Source: Draconibacterium sp. (GTDB lineage Bacteria; Bacteroidota; Bacteroidia; Bacteroidales; Prolixibacteraceae). Taken from it: DNA of 64,000 bases. The notes below the pieces were generated by a model. The model was not told where the DNA came from, made no database searches, and saw only the letters and a program-made list of their open reading frames with translations. Location: assembly GCA_041596165.1 (NCBI GenBank), contig JBFHJA010000001.1, forward strand, positions 18,956 to 82,955. The letters run 5' to 3'. This document shows, piece after piece, positions 17,920 to 28,678 of this stretch; within the stretch, counting starts at the first letter, position 1; every line of letters begins with the position of its first letter. The translations under genes were made by a program, and so were the position numbers.

Positions 17920-19619
17920 TAGTAAATCCGGTAATGCTGAACAAACCGCAGCTTCGGTCCGTTTTTCACAACGCCCCCAATGAAGTAAACATCGAAGGTA
18001 GGGGAACAGGAAAATCTTACAAAATCGGGTGGGAAATGAACCAGATTGTCAGAAACATGCCCCGCTCTGTTACTGCCATAACCGGCAGAACTTTTGGCCA
18101 GATATACACGCGAACCCTTCCTTCTTCGCTAAAATTCCTTGACACCATCGGTTATCAAAAGGATAAAGATTATGTTATTGGAACCAAACCACCAAAAGAT
18201 TGGAATGTTCCGTATGAAAAAGTCACCAAATTCGACAATTTCATAACTTTTGCCAATGGTACAGGTTTTCTGCTGCTCTCACAGGAAAGGGAAGGTTCAG
18301 CCCGTGGCCCCAACCTTGACAGGGAAATTGTTGATGAAGCAATTACCTTAAACAAAGAACGCTATGACCAGGAAGTTTCACCTGCCAACCGCGGAAACGA
18401 AGAACACTTTGGCAGGTTGAGCAGGAAACCGGTTGCCCGGCACCACGGTTTTCGTTATGTTTCATCAATGCCGTACGCACAGGATCAAAAATGGCTGCTC
18501 AATTTCGGTAATTACTACCAGGAAGAAGCCGGAATATTTATTTTCGATATCTGGAACCGTATCGTAAAAATGCAGGTTCAGTTAATAGAAGCCAAACATT
18601 CCAATGATTCCAAACTCTTCAGGGACATCTGGAACGAAATAATCCGTCTTAAAAAACAAATAACACCTTTTATCTCCAAATCAGGAGTTCTCTTTATACT
18701 GGCAAATGCTTTCGATAATCTTCAGAATCTCGGCTTTTCTTATATTCTCAGGGAATACGAAAAGCAATCGATGCTTACCTTTTTGATAGAAATATTGAAC
18801 TGGATTATCGACAAGGTAGAGGATTGTTATTATCATCTCGATTCACAAAAACACATTTATTACGATGCTTATGATGATGAATATATCCGAACGGTAGCTT
18901 CTGACTCAAACTGGGATATTTCAACGATGAACCCTGTGAATTGCAGATTTGATTTGGATTGCGACCCATCACGTGCACTGGAAGTCACTCCGGATTGGGG
19001 CTCGAAAATTAACCTGTTTACAGTGGGGCAGGAGCGCAACTTCAATTTTGTTACAAAAATAGTTGAACCCTGCGATTGCTTTATTAACGAATTCTATAAC
19101 AAGCCACAGGAAGTAAACAAAGTGATGATTACAGATTTGGTTGATCAGTTCTGTGCTTATTACGAAAATCATCCGACAAAAAGAGTTTTGTATTATCGCG
19201 ATAAGTATGGCGATAACCGCCAGCCAAACGTCAAGAATTCTCTCTCGTACAACAACCAGGCAATTGAACACTTTAAAACAAAAGGCTGGAAAGTTGAGCC
19301 AAGAAGCCACAAGGGAATGGAACCACCGCAACACGACAAATACCTGCTCTGGATGAATATTCTAAAAGCCAACGATCCCCGGTTCCCAAGAGTTCTGTTC
19401 AACGGCAAGAATTGCAAGTACACACTTATTTCGATGAACAATACCAAGGTTATTGAACGTAACGGTAAATTCGATAAGGATAAAAATTCAGAAAGAAACA
19501 ATAAAATACTCCCCGAAGAAGCTACCCATTTCTCCGATGCAGCCGATAAACGAATTTGGACAAAATATGGGAGAACACTTTATTCACATAGTTCAACTTA
19601 TGTTGAGCCGAGGTTGTGA
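17916..19619 (+). CDS. terL: Phage terminase large subunit
   Basis: Walker A GRGTGKS, Walker B EIVDEA, coupling motif SSMP, RNase H-like acidic residues (PDWG, THFSDAAD). Confidence 0.85.
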   Translation: MIVNPVMLNKPQLRSVFHNAPNEVNIEGRGTGKSYKIGWEMNQIVRNMPRSVTAITGRTFGQIYTRTLPSSLKFLDTIGYQKDKDYVIGTKPPKDWNVPYEKVTKFDNFITFANGTGFLLLSQEREGSARGPNLDREIVDEAITLNKERYDQEVSPANRGNEEHFGRLSRKPVARHHGFRYVSSMPYAQDQKWLLNFGNYYQEEAGIFIFDIWNRIVKMQVQLIEAKHSNDSKLFRDIWNEIIRLKKQITPFISKSGVLFILANAFDNLQNLGFSYILREYEKQSMLTFLIEILNWIIDKVEDCYYHLDSQKHIYYDAYDDEYIRTVASDSNWDISTMNPVNCRFDLDCDPSRALEVTPDWGSKINLFTVGQERNFNFVTKIVEPCDCFINEFYNKPQEVNKVMITDLVDQFCAYYENHPTKRVLYYRDKYGDNRQPNVKNSLSYNNQAIEHFKTKGWKVEPRSHKGMEPPQHDKYLLWMNILKANDPRFPRVLFNGKNCKYTLISMNNTKVIERNGKFDKDKNSERNNKILPEEATHFSDAADKRIWTKYGRTLYSHSSTYVEPRL

Positions 19620-19977
19620 GAGAAATTCTGTTTCAATCTGGGAGTATGGATATTCCACAAGGCTTTCAGTTGCAATCTTTTACCGTTTCGGGTAAAAGGA
19701 TTTTCACTTCAAATGCGATTATTCAATCGTAGTTTGTAACATAAACTATGATAAATTTAAAAATAAAAATTTCTCTCTATTTCTCCATTTATTAATTATT
19801 CAAACAAAGCTGGCTAAGGAGCTTCTGCTCCTTTTTTCGATTAAAAAAACCTTTCATAATTTCACAATTTGAGGTTTCTCATTAAAAAAAACAGGCAATG
19901 GTTTTTTTTGATTAATTTAACGTCCTGATTTTTAAAACTGATTATTAAACCTGTAACTATTAACTCGCCTCGATTAA

Positions 19978-22900
19978 ATGAGCCTATTCCAACATTCCGT
20001 ACTAAACAAGTACTTAAAAGATTCCCATCAGACCGAAATGAAAGATGCTTACCAAAAGTTGGTAACGTATTTTCATAATCCGGTTATTCAGCAAAATATT
20101 CGTGAATGTAAAGAAGAAGAATATCAGGACGGATTTTTGAATGCTTTGTTTGTCAATGTATTTGAATACATACTAAAACCTAATCCGGATTATAATCTTA
20201 CAAGGGAATTTAAAAATGAAACCGGTGCGAGAAAAGCCGATGGGGCAATTTTGAAAGAAGGATTTGCAATTGGTGTTATTGAGCTGAAATCTTCTATAAC
20301 CAAAGATTTGGAATCAATTCGTTTACAAGCTTTCGATTACAAAGCCAATCATAGTAAATGTGTTTATGTTATTACCTCCAATTTCGAGAAAATCAGGTTC
20401 TATATCAACAATGCGGTTGATTACGAAGAATTCGACCTGTTTAAAATCAATTACGAAGAATTTCAATTGCTTTGGTTATGCCTGGCAAAAGAAAACCTGT
20501 TGAAAGGAATTCCTCTGGCAATTAAAGAAGATTCTGTAATAAAAGAGGAGAATGTAACCAAACAGATTTATATTGATTATACCGCTTTTAAACGCGATTT
20601 ATACAACGATTTAATTGAAAATAATCTCAACCTCGAAATTTTCAACGGCAAAGAAGAAAAAGAAATCAAACTGTCGCTTTTCAAGAAATCGCAAAAACTG
20701 TTAGATCGGTTTCTTTTTATCTTTTTTGGCGAAGACCGAGGATTGCTCCCGCCCAATTCCATTAGTGAAATTATTAAACAATGGGAAAATCAATCGGATT
20801 GGGGCGATGAGATAACGCTTTACGACCGTTATAAAAAATACTTCCATTTATTAAATACGGGTTGGAAAGGTAAAAAATATGAGATTTATGCTTACAACGG
20901 TGGTTTGTTTGCACCGGATGAGATTCTGGACTCAATAAAAATAAACGATGAAATTTTACGGAAACACACAAAAGTTTTAACAGCTTACGATTTTGAAACC
21001 GATGTTGACGTAAATATTCTCGGCCATATTTTTGAAAACAGCCTGAACGAAATTGAAGAAGTGGCAGCACAAATTGAAGGCGCCGAAGTTGACCTCAAAA
21101 AAAGCAAGCGTAAAAAAGACGGTGTTTTTTATACCCCGAAATACATAACCAAATACATTGTTGAAAATACGGTGGGTAAACTTTGTGTTGAAAAGAAAAC
21201 CGAACTCGAAATTGACGAAAGCGAATATCTGAAAAGCCGGAAAGGACGAACAACCAAAAAGTTAAAAGAACTGGATGAAAAACTGGGCGAATACCGGAAC
21301 TGGCTTTTAACACTTACTATTTGCGACCCGGCTTGCGGTTCCGGGGCTTTTTTAAATCAGGCACTCGATTTTCTGATTCGTGAACATCGGTACATTGATG
21401 AACTGCGGGCAAAACTACTCGATGTTCCGATGGTTTTTACCGAAGTGGAAAACGGCATTTTGGAAAACAACATTTATGGCGTTGACATTAACGAAGAATC
21501 GGTTGAAATTGCCAAACTCTCGTTGTGGTTGCGGACTGCCCAAAAAGGGCGAAAACTTACCACTTTAAGCAACAACATAAAATGCGGAAACTCCCTGATT
21601 GACGACCCCGAAGTTGCCGGTGAAAAAGCGTTTAACTGGCAAAATGAATTTCCCGATGTTTTTAAAAAAGGTGGTTTTGAAGTGGTGATTGGAAATCCGC
21701 CGTATGTGCAGCTCCAAACTATGGGCAAAATGAGTGATATACTAAAAAATTGTAATTATGAAACCTTCGATAAAGGAGCAGACCTGTATTGTATTTTTAC
21801 CGAACGTGGTTATAAATTGCTAAAGAACGGAGGCATGCAATCATTCATTATGCCAAACAAATGGATGTTGGTGGCGTATGGCAAACCACTGCGGAAATTC
21901 CTGTCGGAAACGGGATTGCGACAAATATTGAACTTTGGCGACGTACAATTTTTCCAGGAAGCCACTACCTATGTTTGTATTTTCGTTACAGAAAAAAGTG
22001 AACCGAAGGATAAAGTAAAAGTTTTGTCATTCAACCGGAAGACTTATCGCGGCGATTTTCCCACTGAAGTGAAAGCAAATTTATACGATTCTCACTCAGC
22101 CGGTTTTGGCGTTAACGAATGGAGCATTCAGCCCATCAACGATTCTCGAAAGCTGGAACAAATGAAATTGAAAGGTACTGAATTGAAAGATTTACCGATT
22201 TCAATTTACAGAGGAATTCTAACTGGTTACAATGATGCTTTTTATATTGATGATGAGACACGCCGGAAGCTGATTGATGCAGACACCAAAAGCGCTAATC
22301 TCATAAAACCAATGTTGCGTGGAAGGGATATTTCTCCTTATGGAATTACCGGTTTTGAATACTTGATAGGGACATTCCCATCATTAAAATTAAATATTGA
22401 GAATTATCCAGCCATCAAAGAGCATTTACTTTCATTCGGATATGACCGACTTAAACAAACAGGCGAAAAAGGCACCCGTAAAAAAACAAGGGGCGAGTGG
22501 TTCGAAACACAAGACAGCATCAATTATCACCAAGAATTTGCCAAACCAAAAATCATTTATCCAAATATGACTTCGGTTTTTCCGTTCATGTACGATGAAA
22601 GCGGAATATTATGTAATCAGAAATGTTTTATTCTCAAGGCTAATGATGATTCAGTTTCGCTAACGTTCCTCACAGCTGTATTCAATTCTTCATTGTCAAA
22701 ACTTTGGATTTGGTACAATTGCCCAGAACTTCAAGGTGGAACACGAGAAATAAGTAAAGTCTATTTCGAGCATTTCCCTGTTCCACAAGCAAACGCAGAA
22801 CAAACAGCTATACTTGCTCAATATGCAACTAAACGAACACAATTAGCTGCTGAATTTCAGGGTCTTACTTCAAAATTTGCACGCACCATTCAACGAAAAT

Positions 22901-23160
22901 TCAATTTCGAAAAAATGACAGCCAAATTGCAAAATTGGTATTTGCTTTCGTATGCCGAATTTATCAAAGAACTAAGCAAAATGAAAGTGAAACTAAGTCT
23001 TTCGGAAGAGGCAGAATGGGAAGAGTATTTCACCCTCGAAAACCAAAAAGCCAAAACTCTTATATCCGAGATAGCCAAAACCGATAAAGAAATAGACCGG
23101 ATGGTTTATGAGTTGTATGGATTGACGGAGGAAGAGATAGGGATTGTTGAAGGGGAGTAA
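19978..23160 (+). CDS. Type IIG fused restriction-modification enzyme (Eco57I/TaqI-C-like)
   Basis: N-terminal ADG..IELK nuclease motif, GVFYTP, DPACGSGAFL, GNPPY, C-terminal TRD and DRMVYELYGLTEEEI tail. Confidence 0.9.
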   Translation: MSLFQHSVLNKYLKDSHQTEMKDAYQKLVTYFHNPVIQQNIRECKEEEYQDGFLNALFVNVFEYILKPNPDYNLTREFKNETGARKADGAILKEGFAIGVIELKSSITKDLESIRLQAFDYKANHSKCVYVITSNFEKIRFYINNAVDYEEFDLFKINYEEFQLLWLCLAKENLLKGIPLAIKEDSVIKEENVTKQIYIDYTAFKRDLYNDLIENNLNLEIFNGKEEKEIKLSLFKKSQKLLDRFLFIFFGEDRGLLPPNSISEIIKQWENQSDWGDEITLYDRYKKYFHLLNTGWKGKKYEIYAYNGGLFAPDEILDSIKINDEILRKHTKVLTAYDFETDVDVNILGHIFENSLNEIEEVAAQIEGAEVDLKKSKRKKDGVFYTPKYITKYIVENTVGKLCVEKKTELEIDESEYLKSRKGRTTKKLKELDEKLGEYRNWLLTLTICDPACGSGAFLNQALDFLIREHRYIDELRAKLLDVPMVFTEVENGILENNIYGVDINEESVEIAKLSLWLRTAQKGRKLTTLSNNIKCGNSLIDDPEVAGEKAFNWQNEFPDVFKKGGFEVVIGNPPYVQLQTMGKMSDILKNCNYETFDKGADLYCIFTERGYKLLKNGGMQSFIMPNKWMLVAYGKPLRKFLSETGLRQILNFGDVQFFQEATTYVCIFVTEKSEPKDKVKVLSFNRKTYRGDFPTEVKANLYDSHSAGFGVNEWSIQPINDSRKLEQMKLKGTELKDLPISIYRGILTGYNDAFYIDDETRRKLIDADTKSANLIKPMLRGRDISPYGITGFEYLIGTFPSLKLNIENYPAIKEHLLSFGYDRLKQTGEKGTRKKTRGEWFETQDSINYHQEFAKPKIIYPNMTSVFPFMYDESGILCNQKCFILKANDDSVSLTFLTAVFNSSLSKLWIWYNCPELQGGTREISKVYFEHFPVPQANAEQTAILAQYATKRTQLAAEFQGLTSKFARTIQRKFNFEKMTAKLQNWYLLSYAEFIKELSKMKVKLSLSEEAEWEEYFTLENQKAKTLISEIAKTDKEIDRMVYELYGLTEEEIGIVEGE

Positions 23161-23181
23161 AAACTATAAAATCTATTATCC

Positions 23182-23406
23182 ATGATAAAATATAAAACAC
23201 AAGTAGGTTCAAAACACATGAACATGGAAGCTCGCGAACTTAGAGATGCAATGAAGCGCAGTTTGTCTGGAATGCATTGTCGTAAATGTAAAACGGATAC
23301 TATTATTTCTTTTATAGATGATGGTTATGGTCACCTAAAGCCTGAAATTAAAGCTTGCTGTCCTGATTTTGAAAAAAGAATTAGAAATCGCATTTGGCCA
23401 GAATAG
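23182..23406 (+). CDS. Small Cys-containing hypothetical protein
   Basis: 74 aa with CRKC and CC. Confidence 0.45.
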   Translation: MIKYKTQVGSKHMNMEARELRDAMKRSLSGMHCRKCKTDTIISFIDDGYGHLKPEIKACCPDFEKRIRNRIWPE

Positions 23407-23519
23407 AAATATTTTGGTTCTTGTTAAGATTTATTGAAAATTGGAGCGAACAAATCTTCAACATCCATTCCAATATCTTTTGAGCAAAGACATAAAATAT
23501 TATCTTTGAAAGAAAAGAA

Positions 23520-26375
23520 ATGACTAATAAATATTTTCATAAGTATCTGATTAACTTGGAGTTTTCTGATAAGGATATATCGAGTTGCACAGATGAAAAT
23601 ATATTTAGTTACTCTCCTACTGAAAATATCCCACCAATTAAATACATTTTAGTTAATAATCCAGAAGACATATTTTATTATCACCTACAATTATGGAACA
23701 GAAATACTGATAATGTATTTATTGCCGTAGATAAATATAAAACTCATATAATTGATTGTAAGAAAAAACCACAAAAGGGTGTTATTAAGAGTATTAAATC
23801 TTTTGATTATGGAATAAATTCAGAAGGATATGAGAATATTGAAATCGATGTAATTTCAAAAAACCACATCGACTCTTCATTTTTTTACCAATATATTCAG
23901 CAAAAACAGCGCAAAAAACAAGAAGTTGACAAAGATTTGCTTTTAAACCTAATCGCTTTACGTAACGATTTAGTCCTTTATGGGAATGAAAAAGTAATTC
24001 ATTTATTAATCCTACGTAGTTTATTTGTAAAATATCTTGAGGACAGGGGGATATTTACTCCAAATTATCTTTCAGATATTTTACTTAGCAAATCTCCAGA
24101 TAAACTAATTGAATCATTCGGAGAGGTTTGTAAAATTAATGGGGATGTTTTTGGTGGCAATCGTTTAACGGTAAATGATATAAATGTCAATTATTTAGAA
24201 AAGCTTTATTTGTTTTTTACCACCGACTATCAAAGTGGACAAGGCACTTTATTTCCTTATCAGTTTGATAATATTCCGATACAGCTTATTAGCCATGTTT
24301 ACGAAGCGTTCTTGAATAATAATACAAAAAAAGGGAAAGGTGTTTATTATACCCCTTCATTTGTTGTTAACTTCATGCTCTCTCAAAGCTTGAAAGAAAA
24401 AGCCAACGCAAATCCCTATTTAACCGTTTTTGACCCTGCGGTGGGTTCAGGAGCGTTTTTGGTTGAAAGTTTTAAAATTATTAGGGATATTCAATCTGAA
24501 AAACTAAATAGGAATTTGGCATTTGACGAGAAGAAAAGCATTATAGAAAAACAGCTTTGGGGGATTGACATTGATAGCGATGCTCTACAAATTACTGCCT
24601 TTAGTTTATATCTGGCATTACTTGAAGATGAATCATCGATATTTATTCGAAATAAAATTGAACATTCACACCCAATTTTACCCAGTTTGATTGATGCGGT
24701 TTTGGTACATGCAAATACCATAACTGATAACGTTTTTGAAGGGCAGAAATTTGATTTTATTGTTTCTAATCCACCTTGGGGGTCTGTTCCTGATGATAAA
24801 AAGGAAGAGCATATCGCAGAGCGAAAAGCAATTGACAATAAATCTGGTTCATATTCTGAATACAATCATGTAGCTGATTATGAACGTTCTCAAGCCTTTT
24901 TAAGAAGGATTGAACGCTGGCAAAAAATGGATACTACTATTGTAATGATTGTCAAGAATTCAATTTTTCTTAATGATAATGCAATGGGTTTTCGACAAGA
25001 ATTTATCGAGAAGAATCAATTAGAAACTTTTTACGAACTTTCGAATTATAATAAAATACTTTTTAGGAAGAAGGTTTTCAAATCACCGAGAGTTAATATT
25101 GAAATTGGTGCTAGTGAACCCTGTGCAATAGTAATATTCAAGCCCAATCCTAATAGCATTAATTATAAAATCAATTATATAGCCCCAAAATTAACGAAAC
25201 TGGGAGAGCATTTTGAAATTATTCAACATACCAATAATGAATCGTTTCAAATAAATAAAACTGATTTTTTACAGAATGATATACTTTGGAGAATCTTGAC
25301 GAAAGGATGTCATGAAGATTTTAGATTAGTTCAAAAACTTACTTCAAAAGATCACTCTATGAGGATAATATGTAGTCGAGGTTTTGAAGCCACCAAAGAT
25401 ATGGAAAAAACAAAGCCGGAACCATATTTTAGAACGCTTATTAAATCAGAAGATTTTGATCCTTATTTTATAATAAAAGAATTAACCAAGTTTAATTGGA
25501 ATCAAAAGTTGCATCGCCCAAGAACGGAAGAATTGTATACTGGTGAAAAAATACTAATTGCATATCGCCCGAAACGTAGCGATAATTTCAGATTGAGATG
25601 TATTTTGTTTTCTGATGATTGCGTATTCAGGAACGATGTTTTATGTTTTAAAGTAGAGGATGCTAAAAACTACAAAGCGTGGTTAGGATTGCTTAACTCT
25701 TCTCTACTAGGCTATTTTATTTACATGCTATCATCTCAATGGGATGGAGGATTGAAACGAGAGGCTTTGCGCACTTATGATATCAAAGCATTTAATTATG
25801 AAGGATTTGATGAATGCAATAAGAAATTAAATAGCAATATTGATAGACTATTGCTTACTAAAGATTTTCGACTAATTGAAATAATTGATGATATTGTATT
25901 TAATTTATTTCATCTTACCACCTATGAAAAAGAAATAATAAAGGAGTTTTACCAAATAAATGTGGAGCGGGCTTTTGAAAAACTAAAGTTTGTTCAACCC
26001 AAAGATTTCAAAGAATACTTTCAAACCTTTAAGGAGACTTTTGAACTGGTATTATCTCCAAATCATACACTTAATGCTTCCTTCAGTATTTCTCAGAATA
26101 TTGGAGCGATTATAAAAATTTCCATCGAAAAAAAGACTGCCGAAAAAGCATTAGAACAAGATAATACAATGCAGGTACTTCAGTTTGTGAAAAATAGACA
26201 GTTAACAGAAACCGATAAATTATTGAAAGAAGAAAAGGTAAAACTTTATGAATCCACACACTTCTATCTTATAAAAAGTAACCAGTTTAAAGATTGGACC
26301 ATACGCCAGGCACTAAAAGATGCCAAGGAAGAAATTGATTTATTGTTCTCGAAATTGCCTGAAACGTATGAATAA
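23520..26375 (+). CDS. Large N6-adenine DNA methyltransferase with TRD
   Basis: GVYYTP, DPAVGSGAFL, SNPPW motifs. Confidence 0.88.
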   Translation: MTNKYFHKYLINLEFSDKDISSCTDENIFSYSPTENIPPIKYILVNNPEDIFYYHLQLWNRNTDNVFIAVDKYKTHIIDCKKKPQKGVIKSIKSFDYGINSEGYENIEIDVISKNHIDSSFFYQYIQQKQRKKQEVDKDLLLNLIALRNDLVLYGNEKVIHLLILRSLFVKYLEDRGIFTPNYLSDILLSKSPDKLIESFGEVCKINGDVFGGNRLTVNDINVNYLEKLYLFFTTDYQSGQGTLFPYQFDNIPIQLISHVYEAFLNNNTKKGKGVYYTPSFVVNFMLSQSLKEKANANPYLTVFDPAVGSGAFLVESFKIIRDIQSEKLNRNLAFDEKKSIIEKQLWGIDIDSDALQITAFSLYLALLEDESSIFIRNKIEHSHPILPSLIDAVLVHANTITDNVFEGQKFDFIVSNPPWGSVPDDKKEEHIAERKAIDNKSGSYSEYNHVADYERSQAFLRRIERWQKMDTTIVMIVKNSIFLNDNAMGFRQEFIEKNQLETFYELSNYNKILFRKKVFKSPRVNIEIGASEPCAIVIFKPNPNSINYKINYIAPKLTKLGEHFEIIQHTNNESFQINKTDFLQNDILWRILTKGCHEDFRLVQKLTSKDHSMRIICSRGFEATKDMEKTKPEPYFRTLIKSEDFDPYFIIKELTKFNWNQKLHRPRTEELYTGEKILIAYRPKRSDNFRLRCILFSDDCVFRNDVLCFKVEDAKNYKAWLGLLNSSLLGYFIYMLSSQWDGGLKREALRTYDIKAFNYEGFDECNKKLNSNIDRLLLTKDFRLIEIIDDIVFNLFHLTTYEKEIIKEFYQINVERAFEKLKFVQPKDFKEYFQTFKETFELVLSPNHTLNASFSISQNIGAIIKISIEKKTAEKALEQDNTMQVLQFVKNRQLTETDKLLKEEKVKLYESTHFYLIKSNQFKDWTIRQALKDAKEEIDLLFSKLPETYE

Positions 26376-26988
26376 GAGGAATCAATTTATACAATTCGGA
26401 TTGGGCTGTTTAGGTTACAATTCAAAGCAGGATTTAATCGAAAATCTTTATATAAAATCTATCTACGATTCATACAATCGCATTGATAAAAGCATCGGGA
26501 TTGAAAATGATATCAGAGATCGATTCATGTCTGACTTTTATAACAAAAGCCCTTTATTGTCAGACTTGATACAGAAGAATATTTTATATGTAAATTGGGA
26601 GCGTTGGGTGTTTAAAAATGAGACCGACCTAGGTAGGACAGATTTGTCTTTTGCTATTTCAGGGTTTGAGTACATAGTGGAATGTAAAAGATTGAAGAAT
26701 GCAAATAAAAAATATATAATTGAAGGATTACACCGATTTATTGATGTGGACTATTCTAAGAATGAATCATTTGCAGGGATGATTGGGTTTGTTGTTGAGG
26801 GTAATATCAAACGCATTAGTGAAGGTCTGAAAACCAAATGTCTAAAGGAAAGTTATCTTAATAACAGATTTACAGAGTCCCGAACAAATTATTTAGAACA
26901 TTCATTTGTCACCGCGCATTACAGAACGAATTTGGATGAAATAAATATTTATCATTTATTCTTAAAGTTTGACAAAAGAGTTAACTGA
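26368..26988 (+). CDS. PD-(D/E)xK nuclease-like protein
   Basis: GRTDLSF...IVECKRL catalytic pattern; start overlaps the MTase stop. Confidence 0.7.
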   Translation: MNKRNQFIQFGLGCLGYNSKQDLIENLYIKSIYDSYNRIDKSIGIENDIRDRFMSDFYNKSPLLSDLIQKNILYVNWERWVFKNETDLGRTDLSFAISGFEYIVECKRLKNANKKYIIEGLHRFIDVDYSKNESFAGMIGFVVEGNIKRISEGLKTKCLKESYLNNRFTESRTNYLEHSFVTAHYRTNLDEINIYHLFLKFDKRVN

Positions 26989-27176
26989 TAAAACCACAAG
27001 TTTAAAAACTGTTTAACATTAATGACTTGAGCAAATTTGTAGATGTTGACTACCACCAAACCCCTTGCAAATTGGTTTAAACAATAGGATTGATAAGAAT
27101 AGAAAGCAAAACAATCTCAGCTCACGCCAATTTGCAATTGGTATTTCTAATAAACTAAATTTTGGGATTTGAATTC

Positions 27177-27204
27177 AAAAAAAGGCAACCGTTGAGTTGC
27201 CTTT
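27177..27204 (-). terminator. Intrinsic terminator downstream of the traN remnant
   Basis: aaaggcaac/gttgccttt stem with a T run on the minus strand. Confidence 0.6.
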
Positions 27205-27249
27205 CATAAATGAAGATCTGAATGCTGCGGTTAATAAACAATTGCCGGG

Positions 27250-27570
27250 TTATAACTTACCAATTGTCCGCGCTTTTGAAAAATCACTGTTTTTAATCAC
27301 TAAACGCTGATGCCTCCCACCATTCCTTTCAAACATTTCTACCACCAATTGCTTTTTATCGGGGATGGTAAATTTCTCAAAAGCAAACACGTTACATTCC
27401 GAGGTTTTCCCGGAAATACAAGTCATGTAATTATAAGCACGCACTGGTTTAATAATTGTTTCCTGAATCGCTGTTCGTTTGGCCACTTTTTTATCGCCGA
27501 TTTTAAAAACAATAAAGTCGATATCGTAGGGAATTTCAGTGGTGTTTTCAATTGAAGTGTGCAGAAAATA
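27250..27570 (-). pseudogene. traN: 3' fragment of conjugative-transposon TraN (DUF4138)
   Basis: YFLHTSIENTTEIPYDIDFIVFKIGDKKVAKRTAIQET...FTIPDKKQLVVEMFERNGGRHQ; preceded by an in-frame stop, no N-terminus. Confidence 0.8.
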
Positions 27571-27826
27571 CTATCCCAGGAATTATTGAATTATTAAAAG
27601 GAGTATGGAGCGATGTTTCAGACCAGATAAAACGAATGCCCGATTTTGTTATTCAATCTGTTAAAGCTTTGGAGTTGCCGGAAGGAGAATCATTTGAAGA
27701 TGAGAATGTGTAAATTCCGAAAGTGTTAGCTGTAATTATTCAAATGCTAAATCACATTTACATTTTAAAAGATTCTGTGATACGCTTAAATGTGAAATTC
27801 AATACGTAGTTTAATTTTTCTACAAA

Positions 27827-27859
27827 GTTTCCCTTTGTGAAACATTTTATTTATCTTTG
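27827..27859 (+). promoter_or_regulatory. higBA promoter with palindromic operator
   Basis: GTTTC-N7-GAAAC (27827-27843) next to TATCTTTG (27852-27859). Confidence 0.55.
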
Positions 27860-27870
27860 ATTTATATTTT

Positions 27871-28203
27871 ATGAGAGTTCATTTAATAAAAAAGCAATCG
27901 ATTGAAGATTATGTGAGTGAAAATGCCCAAAGCAGGGTGGCATTTAGTACCTGGTTATCAATTATTAAGCGGGCTGAGTGGGATAAACCTCATGATATGA
28001 TAACTACTTTTAACAGTGCCGATATTTTGGGGAATAGTTCGGAAAGAGTGGTGTTTAATATTGGTGGTAACAAATACCGGATGATTTGTAAATACTATTT
28101 CGGGGAAACAAAGGTTCATTTGTTCGTAAACTGGATAGGCACGCACGCAGCATATACAAAACTCTGTAATGAAGGGAAACAATATACCGTAAATGTATAT
28201 TAG
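27871..28203 (+). CDS. higB: HigB-family toxin
   Basis: SADILG..RVVFNIGGNKYRMI..WIGTHAAY. Confidence 0.9.
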   Translation: MRVHLIKKQSIEDYVSENAQSRVAFSTWLSIIKRAEWDKPHDMITTFNSADILGNSSERVVFNIGGNKYRMICKYYFGETKVHLFVNWIGTHAAYTKLCNEGKQYTVNVY

Positions 28204-28228
28204 AAAATTAAATTTAAGATTGAAGAAA

Positions 28229-28678
28229 ATGGAAGCGTTAAAATACAGCATCATCAAAACAAAACAGCAATACAATAATTATTGTAATTCGCTTGAGGAA
28301 TTATTGGCTCGCGATAAAAAGGATTTGTCGGATGAAATAGAACTGCTTACCCTGTTAATTGAAAAATGGGATACAGAGCACAATTCATTTAATGATCTTA
28401 ATCCTGTTGAATTGATTAAAGCTTTGATGGAAGAAAACAACCTGAAATCAAAAGATCTTATTGAAATTCTGGATTTGTCGAAGGGAACGGTTTCAAAAAT
28501 ACTGAACTATCAAAAGGGGCTTTCCAAAGAAACCATCCGTCGGCTGTCCGATTATTTCAAGGTTTCACAGGAAGCTTTTAACCGTCCATATAAATTGGTA
28601 AACGAGGTAAACAGGCATTTTCGTAATGCAAGCCTTATGAATACAAAAAAAGAACTTGGTATCAGGGTTTCAGTTTAA
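28229..28678 (+). CDS. higA: HigA-family HTH antitoxin
   Basis: ELLTLLIEKWD..PVELIKALMEENNLKSKDL..SKGTVSKILNY; follows the toxin. Confidence 0.88.
   Translation: MEALKYSIIKTKQQYNNYCNSLEELLARDKKDLSDEIELLTLLIEKWDTEHNSFNDLNPVELIKALMEENNLKSKDLIEILDLSKGTVSKILNYQKGLSKETIRRLSDYFKVSQEAFNRPYKLVNEVNRHFRNASLMNTKKELGIRVSV

Noticed and set aside
8342-19619. Calling this a complete prophage, gene transfer agent, encapsulin or contractile injection system
   Set aside because: No portal, tape measure, sheath, baseplate, lysis or integrase recognised; the terminase argues against an encapsulin
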